Shown in pieces: positions 26,401-40,141 of a stretch of 64,000 nt of DNA. Made by a program: the position numbers and the translations under genes. Every line of letters begins with the position of its first letter. Positions within the stretch are counted from its first letter, which is position 1. The notes under the pieces were generated by a model that did no database searches, was not told the origin of the DNA, and saw only the letters and a list, made by a program, of their open reading frames with translations. Source of the stretch: Botryllus schlosseri (taxonomy: Eukaryota); NCBI GenBank assembly GCA_051294905.1, contig CM119372.1:30320001-30384000 (forward strand), in the 5' to 3' direction.

Positions 26401-27469
26401 GTTATTGTTGTGCAGTAACTCTCAACTTTTCATTTGATATTTTTGTAATTCAAAGAGTCGCAATTCGGACGTGCTACACAATCAATGGTCGGATCGACGT
26501 ACCGCAACCTGGATGGGAGGATTCCTAAAGCCGGTGAGTTCGCTCCATGGTCATGACCACAGGTGGTCAGTGAATTCATTGTTGCTACTCAAATAGAAGT
26601 AGTTTTAAAACTTGAAGTAGCGCAAGCGAGCAAAACCTACTTGAAGTAGAAGTACTTCATTACTGACCAACTTTCGTCATTACTAGGGCTTACAGTCGTG
26701 TCTCTATAGAGTCGTGGCGTCATGATAATATAAATTATGTGAAAAGCTCAAATTTGTACACCTGAAACAACTAAGAGTTCTATCTATATAACATATTTTG
26801 GTGTTTATTTGATCATACGTATTATATAGGCTTCCAATAAAATATATTCTCTACTAGTACGGATTGGGCGTTAATGTTGATTAATTAATAAGGATACTTT
26901 CGTTAGGGCGATGACACCTCTCTCTGTCACATGTTCAATAATGAGGTGCAAGGTGATTCATTTGTTGAATGACCTTAACCCTTCCATTGAGAAAGAAAAT
27001 GACAATCCGTTACTGTCTTCCGATGTTGTCATTGAGAAGATGGATAACAATTTTGTTACATCTGTCATCCTTCTATCATAAGGCAGCATTCAGTGGCCAA
27101 TACCATCAGCCAATACCATCAACTGTGAATATGTAATTTATATGATATGAGCTCTTGTACACACATAGTAACTGTCACTATATTCCATACTTGCCCGTGG
27201 CTGTTCTCTTCTTTTTCATTCAAAGGTTTTGGAATCAACCATGGTTAAGCTGTAAAGCCGACCCTTCGTCGCCAGAAAGAATATCTACATACCCAACTCG
27301 TACTTCAAACCCACGGAAGACACCGGCTAACCTACTGATTCTTTCTTTACTGTTTTATACGCCTTTAGCTATCCTTTACGCTACTTTCTTCGCATGCCGT
27401 AGAATTTTCATTATTTTAATTCTGTACTAACCGTTTTTCGTATCTTTACAGATAACATAATCAACAATT

Positions 27470-28069
27470 ATGAATAAGCAGATATCCTTCATTTTTGAAG
27501 AAGGAAATACAAATTTGGCTGTGGAAGAAGACGTAACGGTCGATCAAGAACAACGACCTCCGAAAGACGTAACGGTCGATCAAGAACCACCTCCAAAAGA
27601 GGTAACGGTCAAAAGGTAACCCAATGAATATGGCGCCAATGTCATTTTCATTATACAAACAATCATCTATATTGTTCAGGACTCCGATCATCTGGGACCT
27701 CCCTCCCCTACCAAAAGAAACCAAAGAAGGGAGGAAGGTCGACGCAGCTCCAAGGTGTGTCGATCAATGTGTTTAGTCAAAAATTTCTCGAATTTTAGTT
27801 CATACCTCTTGAACAGTGTTGATCCCCCTAACCCCCGTCCCCTACGCACACGTCGTCGACGTCGCCGCCGCCGCTTTAGGACGGGGGTCACGGTGACCGT
27901 GCCCTATCTTCGGAAGAAGAAAAAATCAATTACACTTGAGCTGCAGTCTGAATCGGTACGTTTAATATGCCTTGTCCGCAGATATTAAGCACTAACTTAT
28001 CCCTCATTTTACTTTCAGATCACCCTCAATTACGTCCAGGGCGACGTAAAGTCAATAACGATTAATTAA
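27470..28069 (+). CDS. Compact orphan gene, 136 aa, acidic repeats + Arg8/Lys4; join(27470..27615,27680..27754,27817..27955,28019..28069)
   Basis: Three GT..AG introns of 64, 62 and 63 nt with phases 2,2,0 give one 411-nt frame ATG..TAA; branch-like CTAAC before the 27451 and 28018 acceptors. Confidence 0.65.
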
Positions 28070-29462
28070 TTTATTTCTGTTTTTATTTTTTCATGTTATT
28101 TTAATAGAAAAATCATTCAAAACCTTCGTTTCTCATAACTGAAGCTGGTGTTTCTGAAAACGAAGTTCAGCATTTTGGTAGACACAGTACACAGCGCGTG
28201 TGATACCAGAAATGGTATATCTAAAGCCAGGTTTTCGTTCAGTTACCTTGCTATCTGATCAAATCAGTAACGTTAATTAACTCTTAAAGCGCAGATTGCT
28301 GTAACCAACATATAGCGTCAATTTCAGTGACCGCTAGGCAATTGTACCCAGATAGAAATAAGGACTCGTTCATTCATCTTGTATCTCTCATTCAATGATA
28401 TAAATATATTATTGCTCTCATTTGATCACCTCTGCAGAAATCACTAACCCATATTGCTACACATAACTCACATATTCTGACTTTCTAGGATTTATTCCGA
28501 CTACTTTGACACAATTAATAAGTAAGAATAAAAATTAGATGGTATAACTTTGATTGTAGCTGTGCCTTTCCATGTCACATGATGCTGAATTTTTCTCCGT
28601 CAGTGGTATTTATAGTCACCACGTAGCTGGAAGCATTAGCATTGACATCAGCGCCATTGTTGTGAGAAGATTTCGAATCGAGGCCAGGGTAATTCTGAGG
28701 CAGTCTCCGTTAATAACTTGAAGCTGGTGGTCATAGGCGTAGGTGCTTTTACTACCTATAGATACAGTACCTGGAACATAACAACAAAACTGGCATTATC
28801 CATTGCAATCATTTGATAGCTTGGTTATTTGTCTACACTAAATGTGCCTGTTTGTTGGTTTTCAAGATTTGTAATAATAGTTAATGACAGTGTGCGGTTG
28901 TATCAACAATTCGAGAACGCAGTACATGAAACTGAAGCTATAATGAGTAAAAAGACAACATCAGCAAGCTCCCTCAGGACGAATGGCGTCATATCCAAAT
29001 CAAATTTCCATATACAGTAGGCCTACCTGAAACTGAAGGGATAAAGAAGACAACATCACCAACCTCCCTTAGGATTAACGGTATCATATCCAAATCGAAT
29101 TATCAATGCCATGACAATTGCCTTAACCCAGTAATTGTGAAAACAGCACTCAAAGCCAGGAATTTTTGAGCAGAAGCATACGTTTATTTACCTGGATACA
29201 ACGAGGTAAGCAATCTATATCAGGAAGATATTTTCAAATGAATACATACTGTGACACATATATAACCTTATATTGTCCGAACCATCGAAATCGATACCTC
29301 CAGGCCAAAGAGTAATCAAAACAGTCACATCACCCAACCACTTCTGCCTTGACCACCATCTTACAGTGCAACTACCAACTTAACCCAAAGATGGCGGCCA
29401 ATTGATCACGCAAATATCGCGAGTAGCGCACTCCAGTGTTTATATAGCTCAGTGATTTGAAT

Positions 29463-32400
29463 AGACACTTACGTGACCTTTGACACGAACCAATCAGGTT
29501 GCTGCAGGATGTAAACAAAGAACAAGGCCGGGCAAGCTTACTATGAGCGCTTATGGAAAAGGGTTGAAAAATGAAGGTTTTTAGCAAAATTACATTGAAT
29601 TGGCAATAGCTGGCTTTGGTGAATGGTAATAACTTAGAGCTATTATGTATTTGCAGTGTTCTAACCGACAATAAACATGAATAGTGGCAAGCACTCATCG
29701 GCATGGTATGTCCAAATGAATGGATTTCTGACAACTTTTCGAATGAAGCAACTATTGCTGTATTATCCTTAGTCCTTAGTCGTATACTATAGGATTGTCG
29801 TACCGAATTGCATGTATTAGATTAATCTTGAGTCAGGATATGTGGGGTATTCATTATGTGGGCTTGGCGTTATATGCGTTTTATTTATGGAATCGTATAT
29901 AGTATACAGTCTACATTCTGCATCATTATCTAGCAAATTACTGTTACACTGGACACTTGTCTGCATATTCAATGATCATATTAATATGATATATGTTAGG
30001 CAATTTGATCTGTTCCCAGCTGAAATCGTCAATTTTTGTTCTAGCTCATGTATATTGAATCAATCGGGACAAATGCCGGATAAACACTGTGCTAATAGCC
30101 TGTGTAACTTGGAGATGGCTACCTAGACCGTTCCTGGTGTGCGCCTGTACCTTTCCCAGCGCCAATAACATGCATGGAAGAATGTAAAATCTGGATAAAG
30201 GCATGTGGACTTCCTTGTAGTCATCTGAATTCTCATTTTATTAATAAAATGCCATATCTATTATCGTACCAAAAATATTGAATCGTGACATAATTTAGAT
30301 GAAACAATTCTGTTTTTCAAAATGAGTCCAATCTGAAATGCAGTAACACTTGATGCCACAATCGACTTGGTGTGTGTCTCGTTTTATTCCACGCCAGTTT
30401 TGCTGCTTGATGGTGTGTAATGGATTGAAATTGTTGAGAGCAATATATTCAATAATAGCGGTGATACGCATGAGTCGGACGAGTACGCCTTGATAGGTGC
30501 CTGCACAGCAGTGTTGCTCTGTAAAATAAAAATAGTATATATTTTGTGCAGGCTTGATGGATATCTTTAATTAAGCTGCAGAAAGAGGAAGTCGATGGAT
30601 AAAACGCAAGAAAATCAAATTTCTGGAAGAAGTAGAAGCACAAAACAGGAAACTCGTCCAGGAAAATTTCAAATTTACGGACAATTATTGCTAGTGACGT
30701 CTGACGTTCAGTTCTCAGAGAAGCATCATAATGTCAGAAGATGCGGAGAAGCTGAAATTTTATGCTAGACTACAATAAATTCTGTCCGAATTGCCCTACT
30801 TATCCTGCTGACGTCAAATTTATAGTATTGCTGTAAGCATAGTATTAAACCTTTGGGTCAACTGTATGTAACTGCTTCATGAAATTCGATTTGGCCATGT
30901 AGATATGTGGTTCTTAAAAATGCACCATTTGCATTCGTTCATGATTTCTCAAAACTAGAATGATTACTGACTGTCAATAAATCACATACAACTTTGAAAG
31001 GATTGATGGATTGTGGTGCACTTACTTTTGTGCAGGAACTGTTCACAAGGAAGGGACCTTTCAGATCGGAATATTAGTGAAATATGTGGATTCGACAAGA
31101 AATGTGAGAAAATGATGGAGTTCAGCTATGGTGAACCAGGAAATGCTATCATGGCAGAAAAGGGATTCACCATTGAGTCTGAAATCAAGAAATTGAATCT
31201 AGATTTAAATATTCCTGGACATGATTTGGCACACCGTCAAATGCCTGAGCCAGACTGTTCCACAACAAGACAGATAGCGAGACAACGTATTCATATTGAA
31301 CAACTGATCGGAAGAATCAAGGAGTATAAAATTTTGTCTGGTGTCATACTATGCAGCATTGTGTATCAACTAACCAAATATGGACTAATTGCTTACTCTA
31401 ATTCAAGATTGAAAATTAAAAATGAATGATGTAACATATTCAGCAATTGTGAAAATTCAGTTCCATTCTGAATATCGTAATGCCTAATAGCATGCAACGG
31501 ATCGTAATTGCGCGGTGCCATGGTCAATGTGTACCAACAGTGCATGTCTATTCATACTATATTCCAGTGGTGTGCATTGAAGCTCATTTAGATGCCCAAT
31601 TTGTTGAATGAACAATTCTCCAGGTGAAAATGTTCTAGGATTATTTGTGCTTGGTGAAATGTTATAAAACTAAAGACACCAGATACACCAAAATCTACCT
31701 TGAGGCAGCAGGAGTTGATCGGTTGCGAGTACGGTCGAGAGATTGCTTGTCAATCACGATCGAGCTCACTGATGCTGATGCAAATCACAATGTAGTCCTT
31801 GTAGCTTCAGGTGCTGGATTGTCTTAATCAATGCATATACATGAGAGTATATATCAGATCCTAATGTGAAAATAAATCATGGTTACAATATCTATTGCAG
31901 GAGTCTCTGACAAAATGTTTTTTCCTTACTTACCCTGTCTTACAAGTGCAAGACGAATCAATAATGGATTTTCTGAGAATGTGTATTTCCATTGAGTGTG
32001 ATATCTCACTTTTCCGCAAGTTGCCATAACATTGGCTGTTCACTATAGGATATTGCTTCCACAAAGAGTGGATTGTCTCCTCAATCTTTGTCCCTAAGTC
32101 ATGTACGTAGCGCTCCATGAAATACTTCGTAGCTTTCTCCGCGGTGTTAGAAGAAGATGCTGTTCCACTCAAATACAGAAATTCGATAGAATCTCCATAG
32201 CTTTCAAGTTTCATAATCAATACACCAAAATTGTGATGTGTGGCAGCAGCAGTATTTTATAGCATATCTTTCTGAACATGAGATATGCTTGAAAATTTCG
32301 CTCGAGACCTGGAGCCTATGAAATCGTCAAAATATGCATTACCACAATCCTAGTATATCCGAAAAATTGTCAAAAATCCATGCATTTAGACACAGCACGC

Positions 32401-32637
32401 TGATGCGTACTTGCCACCATTCATGTTCATCCTAGACTAAAAGCTGCAACTACATACTAACTCTACGCTATTACTATTCATTAAGGCCAGTCATCCCCAA
32501 TTCAACGTAATTTTGCTTAAAACCTTCATTTTTCAACCTTTTTCCATAAGAGCTCATAGTAAGCTTGCCCGGCCTTGTTCTTTGTTTACATCCTGCTGCA
32601 ACCTGATTGGTTCGTGTCAAAGGTCACGTAAGTGTCT
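29463..32637 (+). mobile_element. Degenerate ISL2EU/PIF-Harbinger-type DNA transposon
   Basis: ~140-bp near-perfect TIRs (AGACACTTACGTGACC...), flanked by AT on both sides; THAP relic near 30073 (MPDKHCANSLC...FP...WIKACG); DDE relic at 31013-31429. Confidence 0.85.
31013..31429 (+). pseudogene. Harbinger/ISL2EU DDE transposase C-terminal remnant
   Basis: IMAEKGFTI (normally MADxGF), LNIP, TRQIARQRIHIEQLIGRIKEYKIL. Confidence 0.8.
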
Positions 32638-34159
32638 ATTGGTGGTTCGTCAGGCTTCAGGCAGAGAGTAGGGTACACGAAAAAACTTGGCGAAATGGAT
32701 ATATTGATGCGGTTTCTGCTACCTGATGGCGTAAAGGATCATAACATCCATGTACTGTAGTGTAAGGTATGGAAATGCGGTAAATGTTATTGAATGTATG
32801 TAATGTGAGAATAGTCATAAAATGAACTCGTTTTGACATTGCAGTAACGTCGTTTGTTTTAGATGTTTTAGTAGGCTACTGATATCCCTTATTCACATGA
32901 ATGTTATTTAGATGTTTTGTAGCATATGATTCGTCTGATATTATTGCTGGATGATCGAGCTTCGAATCTGATAATATACCAGGCTGCGACCAGGTCCAGT
33001 ACTACGGTACTGATGGGATGCTGCTATAAAAGTAACTTTTTGACATATGGATAAAGGGATGTTCTCTCTATCCACACTGAAATATCGCTATGTAGACGAT
33101 ATTGTGGTCCATTGTGGACAAGTACTGCAATGTCAGCAATTTAATGCCGGTATGACAGTCATGCAACGGTTTTGATTGTTTTTCAACTGCAACACATTTT
33201 ACACTGTACTGTTTATTCCAAGTGGTAAGGTGTTAGGTCAAAAATTGCCAAAATTCTTTACAAAATCAAAATTTTGTTGGCAACTTGCATTTCGTTTGCA
33301 TCATAGATGATTGCACTGTCGGTGAACTTATCATTTTACAATTTACATCTTGTAGCCTACTTTATAGTCCTACCGTTGTAGACGGACCATCGTCTGCTCA
33401 TTGTGAATCATAAACTGTCAAATGAAACAAATACTCAACGTAGCCTATTGCATTATCCTAACTGAAGCAAGACTGCGTGGGCATTGGTTCTTCTATTAGA
33501 AACCGTATGATGAAAAATTGCGATGTAGACAACTTTGTCATAATGAGAGAGAGAGTGCAGTGTACGCACAACTTCAGTGTTGCCGGCCAACAACTGCAGC
33601 TGGTGAACGTTCTTTCTTCATTCTTGCCAAGCTACTTAGTTAGGACAGACACTTTCTACCCGAAAATGTAGCAAAGTATCTTTCGTTGTACTACAACAAA
33701 TTTTTAATTATTTCTACCATAATACGAGATGTAACTAATACTAGTATTATTCATGGGTCCAGATTTCGATAAAATAAGTTCTTTTTCATGTAAAAATTTG
33801 TCAATTTTCATGCTAAAAGATTTTTTCAGGTCAAATTACTTCGGAAGAACAGACAGCTCCAGCCAGAAATAAAGATAAGTTCCGGTAATACAATTCCAGC
33901 ACTATGTGATAAACACCTAACTTAAGTACATGGGGTCAAAATTAAGTTTTTCATCATCAAAATATGTGTGAATTTGAATTTTTTAGTCAAAATCTTACCT
34001 TCTTAGGCCCAAAAAATCGCCCCAATAATAGCACAGCCAAACAAACAATCTTTTCAACAAACCATGGATCACAAGGGGTAGTATTTGTTTTGCCCAATCC
34101 CCAAATTTGACTTTTCTGAGTTTATTGTGATACGGTAACTGAACTAAACTCTATTTTGC

Positions 34160-37125
34160 AGATAGTATGTACTGAACTTGGCACCTTTTTGAAATGCATT
34201 TGCTGTATGGAAGACTGGTAAGCATCACGGTGTTTTGTAAGTGAACTGGTACATCCTTAGAGAATGAATTTGATTCTGTTTCAATCGGTTATCTTTGTGA
34301 TATAGATTTTTATGAATGTTTGCTGATAAAATTTCACAAAAATTTTTAACAATCCAGGAAGTATACTAACTGTGCCAGGGTAAAATTGGTGGTAACGTCA
34401 TGTGCAACTTTCCATTTCATTACTTAATTATTCTATGAAAGACATCCTTCTGTCACGCACAACTTATTGCAGAAAAAAAAAACTGTATCCTTATGATATC
34501 TGCGTGATTACTGAGCAGTTCATTTGTATTGCTAATTTTGGCAACAAATATTTCTTTTCAATAGTCTTGGATTGATCCTCAAATTCGTTCAACTGATGTC
34601 CACTCTTTGAAAAGAGCCCCCTGGGTCTACCGTGCCTGCGCTATCAGACAATGTTGACAGTGACGTGAGGAGTCGTTCGTAACGGGTTTTGTGCCGGCAC
34701 ATTCATCTTATGTGATACAGACCTTTGTCTCAAGAGCCCATGGATACATGTGATTATGTAAGCCCATTTATTCATTTTATATATCACCATTGATTATGTA
34801 ATTTGCTGGTTTTTGCAGTCCTACTTTTCTCACGAACTATCTCGCAGAGTAGCTTACGGGCTATTCGATATGAGCTGAAAAAGGCTTCATCTGTGTACAC
34901 TGTACAGTGTACCCTGAACTGCGTACACTGAACACTGTACAGAGATGTAGTTGAACGTAATGAGCTCGTGTAACTTGTACTTTAACTATTGCTTACTTAA
35001 CTATAATGGGCTAGGTGAGTGGCTCTCAACCCGGGGGGCTGAGCACCTCTCCTGCGCTTCTGTAACCTACCTGTGTGAAATATTTATATTTACTTCTGCA
35101 TCAAATTTACGATTTTCCTTTGTAATGTTTCGTATTTTCTAGGAGCAGCATTTGGATTTGACCAGTAAAAAAAAGATCCGCCATGGCACGCCACGAATCA
35201 GGGAGTCATCAAGCCTGGGTTGCGGCTGATGGAAAAAATATGAAAAATTCCCTAATGTGCAGGTAGTATGTATTGCAATTGGCACCTTCTTGAAATGCAT
35301 TTGTCGTTTAAAATACTGGTAAGCATCGCGGTGTTTCGTAAGTAAACTGGTATATCCTTAGATAATGAATTTGATTCTGCTGCATTCGGTTATTTTTATG
35401 AATGTTTGCTGGTAAAATTCCACTAAAATGATTAACAATCCATGAAAGTATGCTACTCGTGCTGGAGTAAAATTGGTGGTACGGTCACTTGCAACTTTCC
35501 ATTACAATAATTATTTGTTCTATGAAAGACAACCCTTTTGTCACATACAAATGTATCCAGTCTGATATCTGCGTAATACTGAATGCTGGTGACGTCATAT
35601 TTTGTGATACGATTTTTGATGTACGACGTTCTTTCGAGTTCTCTACTAGTTGCTGACGAGTCTCAGCCGAAAATATTCGGGCTCTTTTCAATAGGCTATG
35701 CATATACTATTCAATTTTATATTGAAGTTTTGCACCTCGAAGAAGCTGTTCGAATATTGAATAGTTCCCTTGTATTGCAAATTTTTTAAACAAGTATTTT
35801 CTTTTCAACAGTCTTGGATTGATCTTCAAATTCATCCAACTGGTGTCGACTCTTCGAAAAGACCCCCTGGTTCTACCGTGCCTGTGCTAACAGACAGTGT
35901 TGATAGTGACGTGAGGAGTCATCTGAACGGATTTTGTGCCGGTGCAGTCGTCTTTTGCGATAATACCTTTGCCTCAAAAACCCATGGAAACATGTGATTA
36001 TGTAAGTCTATTTATTCATTTCATATATCACCATTGATTATGTAATGTGCTGGTTTTTGCAATCCTAATTTTCTCAATAACTATCTATATATGCGGTATG
36101 AGCTGAAGAGAGGCTTGATCTGTATACATTGAACAGAGGTGTTCTTGAATGTAAAGAGCTGGGGTAACTTGTATTTAAACTACTGCTTACTGAACTATAC
36201 TTGGAACATCAAATTGAGATCATTTCCCATGTCGTGCTAATTCCAAATAATTTCGGAAATTAAATTTAATCAGGAAGGAAGGATTTTGAAAGATTGAGAA
36301 CAATTACAATTACTGCAATGAAGGAAAAGTATTCAACACCTTCGATAAGATGTCACAAAGTTTTTTGTACTAAAGACAATCAATGTGTCCTTTGTCTGGT
36401 ATATTTTCTTGTCTCAATTCAAAGCAGCTATAAAATCTTAGAATCGAAGTTATATGTAAAGCCTACCGTATGTCAATTATTGTAATGGAAATCCAAACCC
36501 ATAGGAATAACGATTCTACTATATTTATTTTCGGATCTTGTTTGCAATCAATTACATTTTCAGCAAAACGAAGTTGATGAAGTCAACTGTCTTCTTCTTC
36601 AAGCCAAATTGAGAGACAAGCTAATACAATCCAAGACCCAAGCGCATGTCTTATTGAAACAGGTATCGTAATCTTTCTGTTTGTGGACCATACAAATTTA
36701 CATAGACGTTCTGCTATAAATTTCATTCTGATTTACAGTTCTGCATTCTCACTGTGGCCTGTGAGTCTGAATGTCAATGTAAATGTCAAAATGGCCGAAT
36801 TGAAAAAAACGCAGACCTAATTCAAGATATTTTTATTAGTCGTTATGCGAATTTTAGTCCTTCTCAGTGATAGGATTTCACATGTACCCGAGCGCCTTTC
36901 CTGCGCTTGTGTAACCTGCATGTGTGAAATATTTATATTTATTTCTGCATAGAATTTAGAATTTTCATTGACATATTCAAAACTTTGGAATTTAATCACA
37001 TTTTCAAGGAGCGCAACTTGGAGTCGACCAGTAGAAAAGAAGCAAACACCATGGCACGCCACGAATCAGAGATTGACCGATCCTGGATCGCAACTGATGC
37101 CAAGAATATAAAACTGCTTCAGTGA
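34160..37125 (+). repeat. Diverged tandem duplication with exon-like segments (probable pseudogene)
   Basis: ~34160-35260 is similar to ~35260-36200 plus ~36880-37110; repeated AG-flanked segments SWID.QI.. and E..L..TS.K; the upstream ~33280-33995 recurs at ~55270-55670. Confidence 0.55.
35652..35681 (+). ncRNA. Minimal type I hammerhead-like motif in a solo Penelope pseudo-LTR
   Basis: CTGACGA-G..C-GAAA-ATAT-TC-GGG; related copies at 11525-11568 (-), 52068-52110 (+) and 60398-60436 (-). Confidence 0.5.
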
Positions 37126-38463
37126 AAATGGAGTATTCAGAAACATTGTTGACGTTTTGAGCTACTATGCATTGGATTGTCATACCCTGAAGGAGTGGTT
37201 CTCAAACAGGAGGAAGCATTTGAAGGGGCGTGAAGCCGCTGTCAACTAAAATCTTTTTCGCACATGGCAGCTTCCACTTATGTGTATGGTCAGAATTTAA
37301 TATTTGAATATTCTCTCATCAACAACTATTACCGTCACTGCCATCCAACTATCAGTTGGGATTTCTAGCGTTCTGGTTGCTTTTTTTAATTTCATGATAC
37401 GACGATAAGGGGTGTGTGAAATTTTTTTTCTATCATAACGGGGCGTGTCCAAAAATGCGCCCTAATGACTTCCAGATTTCATATTTTGCTGCAGACTGGT
37501 AAATAACAACAAAATCTTTTCTGTAAATCTGCAAAATTTGTATTGACTCCAAGAAACGATTTCTTTCTTATTTAAACAAAAGTGATTGGCATTAACCTGA
37601 TATAAATACTTGTAATGCAAGCCCAAGAATATTTTTGATGCCTGGTTAGCAGGCCCAATTTCATTAAGAGTAAAAAAATACTTTGTTACTTGTTTATCGT
37701 GGTAGTGGTAGTGAAACTGATACATTCATTGTTTGTTTATTTACAATAAAATTAGAAATTTACAAGCCATAATTTGATCAATTTTAAATAAGTTTTATTG
37801 ATTTGTGTTGATCATGTTTTCCGTTAACGGACGTAACCAATGAATTTGACTCAATGCCATTGTCACGAAAGTTAAAGATACTAAATGATATTTTGTTATC
37901 ACTATCCCTAATTCCCTATGCATTCATTTTCATGATTGAACGAGTTGCATGATATTTGTAGTGAGTTGGCTCTTGATCATTTGTGATGTTCGTGATTTCA
38001 TGGACTATTCCGGAAACGGTTTCAACTGCTGATCTGAATTTATGAAACCCTGTCACAGCAGCTATTGGAAATTTCAATGTTTGCACGTATTTAATCACCC
38101 AGGTTGGGTATTATAAGCGTCATCTATTCATGAATCAATAAAATCTGATTTTATTTTGAGCCCTGCGTTCCGGTGACTAGTCAACCAGCCACTTTGAGGC
38201 TGAACACTTTTTAAGTAAACACTTTTAATTTAAACACTTCGCAACACTTCTAGGCGTTCAATTTTTGGATCACGTTTCGTGTTCAATTTTCCGGGTTGAG
38301 CAACACTTCAGAATTTACAGTGCACACCGCGAGCTTGTGGTACAATGAATAGATCACTATAAAATGAAGCGATTACAAAACCGTTATTACGAAACTATCG
38401 GTGCAACCAATTGCTGAACATATTTTTTTCAATGATAAATATAGGCCAACATGGCCAGGTAAG

Positions 38464-40141
38464 CAGGGCATGGTATGGTATGGTATGGAACGAGAATTTT
38501 CCATACTCCATACTTGCCTTACTCTCTCCATACCATACTTGCAATTTTCCATACCATACCAACATTGTTCCATACCATACTTTCCATACATTCCATACTT
38601 TCAAATACTTCAATATCATAAGTATAGTACCTTTTATAGCACCTATATTATTGATATTTCAGATGTCATTATTGCTTAAACTAGCGAATCTAATGCGAAT
38701 CTAAGTACTGGTAATAGTTTTACAGAGTCTGTTTTGGTGAGGTTTAGTTCACGGTGGTGAGGTGCCGTGTACGTCTACTCTACAGCTTCCGCGAGCAAAA
38801 TGAGATAGTGAGCAGATTGTTATCTAGTACTGTCCATAAAAGGGACTGGCAACCTACGGCCGGCGGGCCGGATGCGGCCTGAAACAAGATTTTTTCCGGC
38901 CCGCGGACAGTTTCCCGTCTTACATAATCACTTGCCTAAACGTCAAATTTTAGTGACTGTATGTTATTATATAGGTGTGCGCACTGTGCAGCGTGCGATA
39001 GTGGAGGTTAGGCGTAAGTTCGTCGAAGCGAGAAGACTTGCATTATCGGCATTTACGATGTGCTGAACCATAATGAATTTATTCTTGGTAAATTTTTGGT
39101 ACCGGGCTTATCAAACGCTTTGAAATCTTAATTAAGGATTGCACCGTGAGTTATTTGATCAAAAAGAAGCAGACACAGCGGTGCCTGTATGACAATGCTA
39201 TTCTCAAATCAACCTTGTAGTCATTATCGGCGAGAAATGACTTTGAAGTGACATTGCTGTCGATAAAATACATTGATTAAATACGATTTATTCCTTGTAT
39301 ACATGGGCGAATAATTTATCCATTCAGCATTCCGGCCCGCCAAGTACCTAATTTTCCTATTTCCGGCCCGCCGACTGGAGAAGTTGCCAGCCCCTGCTCC
39401 ATGCATATCATCTCATTTCCGGTACATTGGCATGAGGCACATGCAAGTTTGAAGTAAATACTCGCAAAATAATTTATAGTATAGGCGCACCCATAAAATA
39501 TCTCAGCTGCAGGCAATCTGCAGCGATCTGCATGATTGTTAGTACAGTAACTGGTCGGGGTTAGCGTGGCGAGAATTCCAAACTTACATCTACCCCACTC
39601 CCTGATCTATAATCCTAATGCGAGATCGAGCATTTAGTTCGTTGCATCATGATTGCTTGTAAGCTGTCGTCACTCAAGGAATGAGGTAGTTGGAGTAGCC
39701 TACATTACCAATTATTGCGTCACATGACAGACTCTACTCGGAGACGTCGTGTCTCTCTCAACTCGAGAGAATATCGGATCAACTTTACTGCTGTCATTAT
39801 TACAGCACAAAACCATGTCATTCCAAGTGCTCCTAAAACCGTTGCACAAGCGTGTATTTGTTCCTTTCCTACACAGCTTTCAATAGTTCACGTTCACACA
39901 TAACAAAAGCGATCGACGATCGTATTCCGTGAACAACGAACAAAGTACGCTTCATGAAGCTTGCACAGGTCACGATAAAATGTATGAAGCACCAATGTAT
40001 GGAAGTATGGAAATGTCGTTCCATACCATAGATTAAAATCTTCCATTCCATACCATACTTGCATTGTTCCATATTCCATACCAAAATATCGATCCATACC
40101 ATACCATACTTCCATACCATACCATACCATACCATGCCCTG
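38464..40141. mobile_element. hAT MITE with (CCATA)n subterminal arrays, containing a nested hAT copy at ~38840-39396
   Basis: Termini CAGGGCATGGTATGG...CCATACCATGCCCTG; perfect TSD caggtaag (38456-38463, 40142-40149). Confidence 0.9.

Noticed and set aside
22075..29454. Full P element bounded by TIRs and including the orphan gene
   Set aside because: Only a 12-bp internal inverted match; no matching left terminus or 8-bp TSD found
37180..37230. Homeodomain helix-3-like peptide TLKEWFSNRRKHLK
   Set aside because: It coincides with a hAT MITE terminus (AGTGGTTCTCAAAC..GCATTTGA, compare ~62140) that translates to WFSN by chance; no helix 1/2 frame upstream
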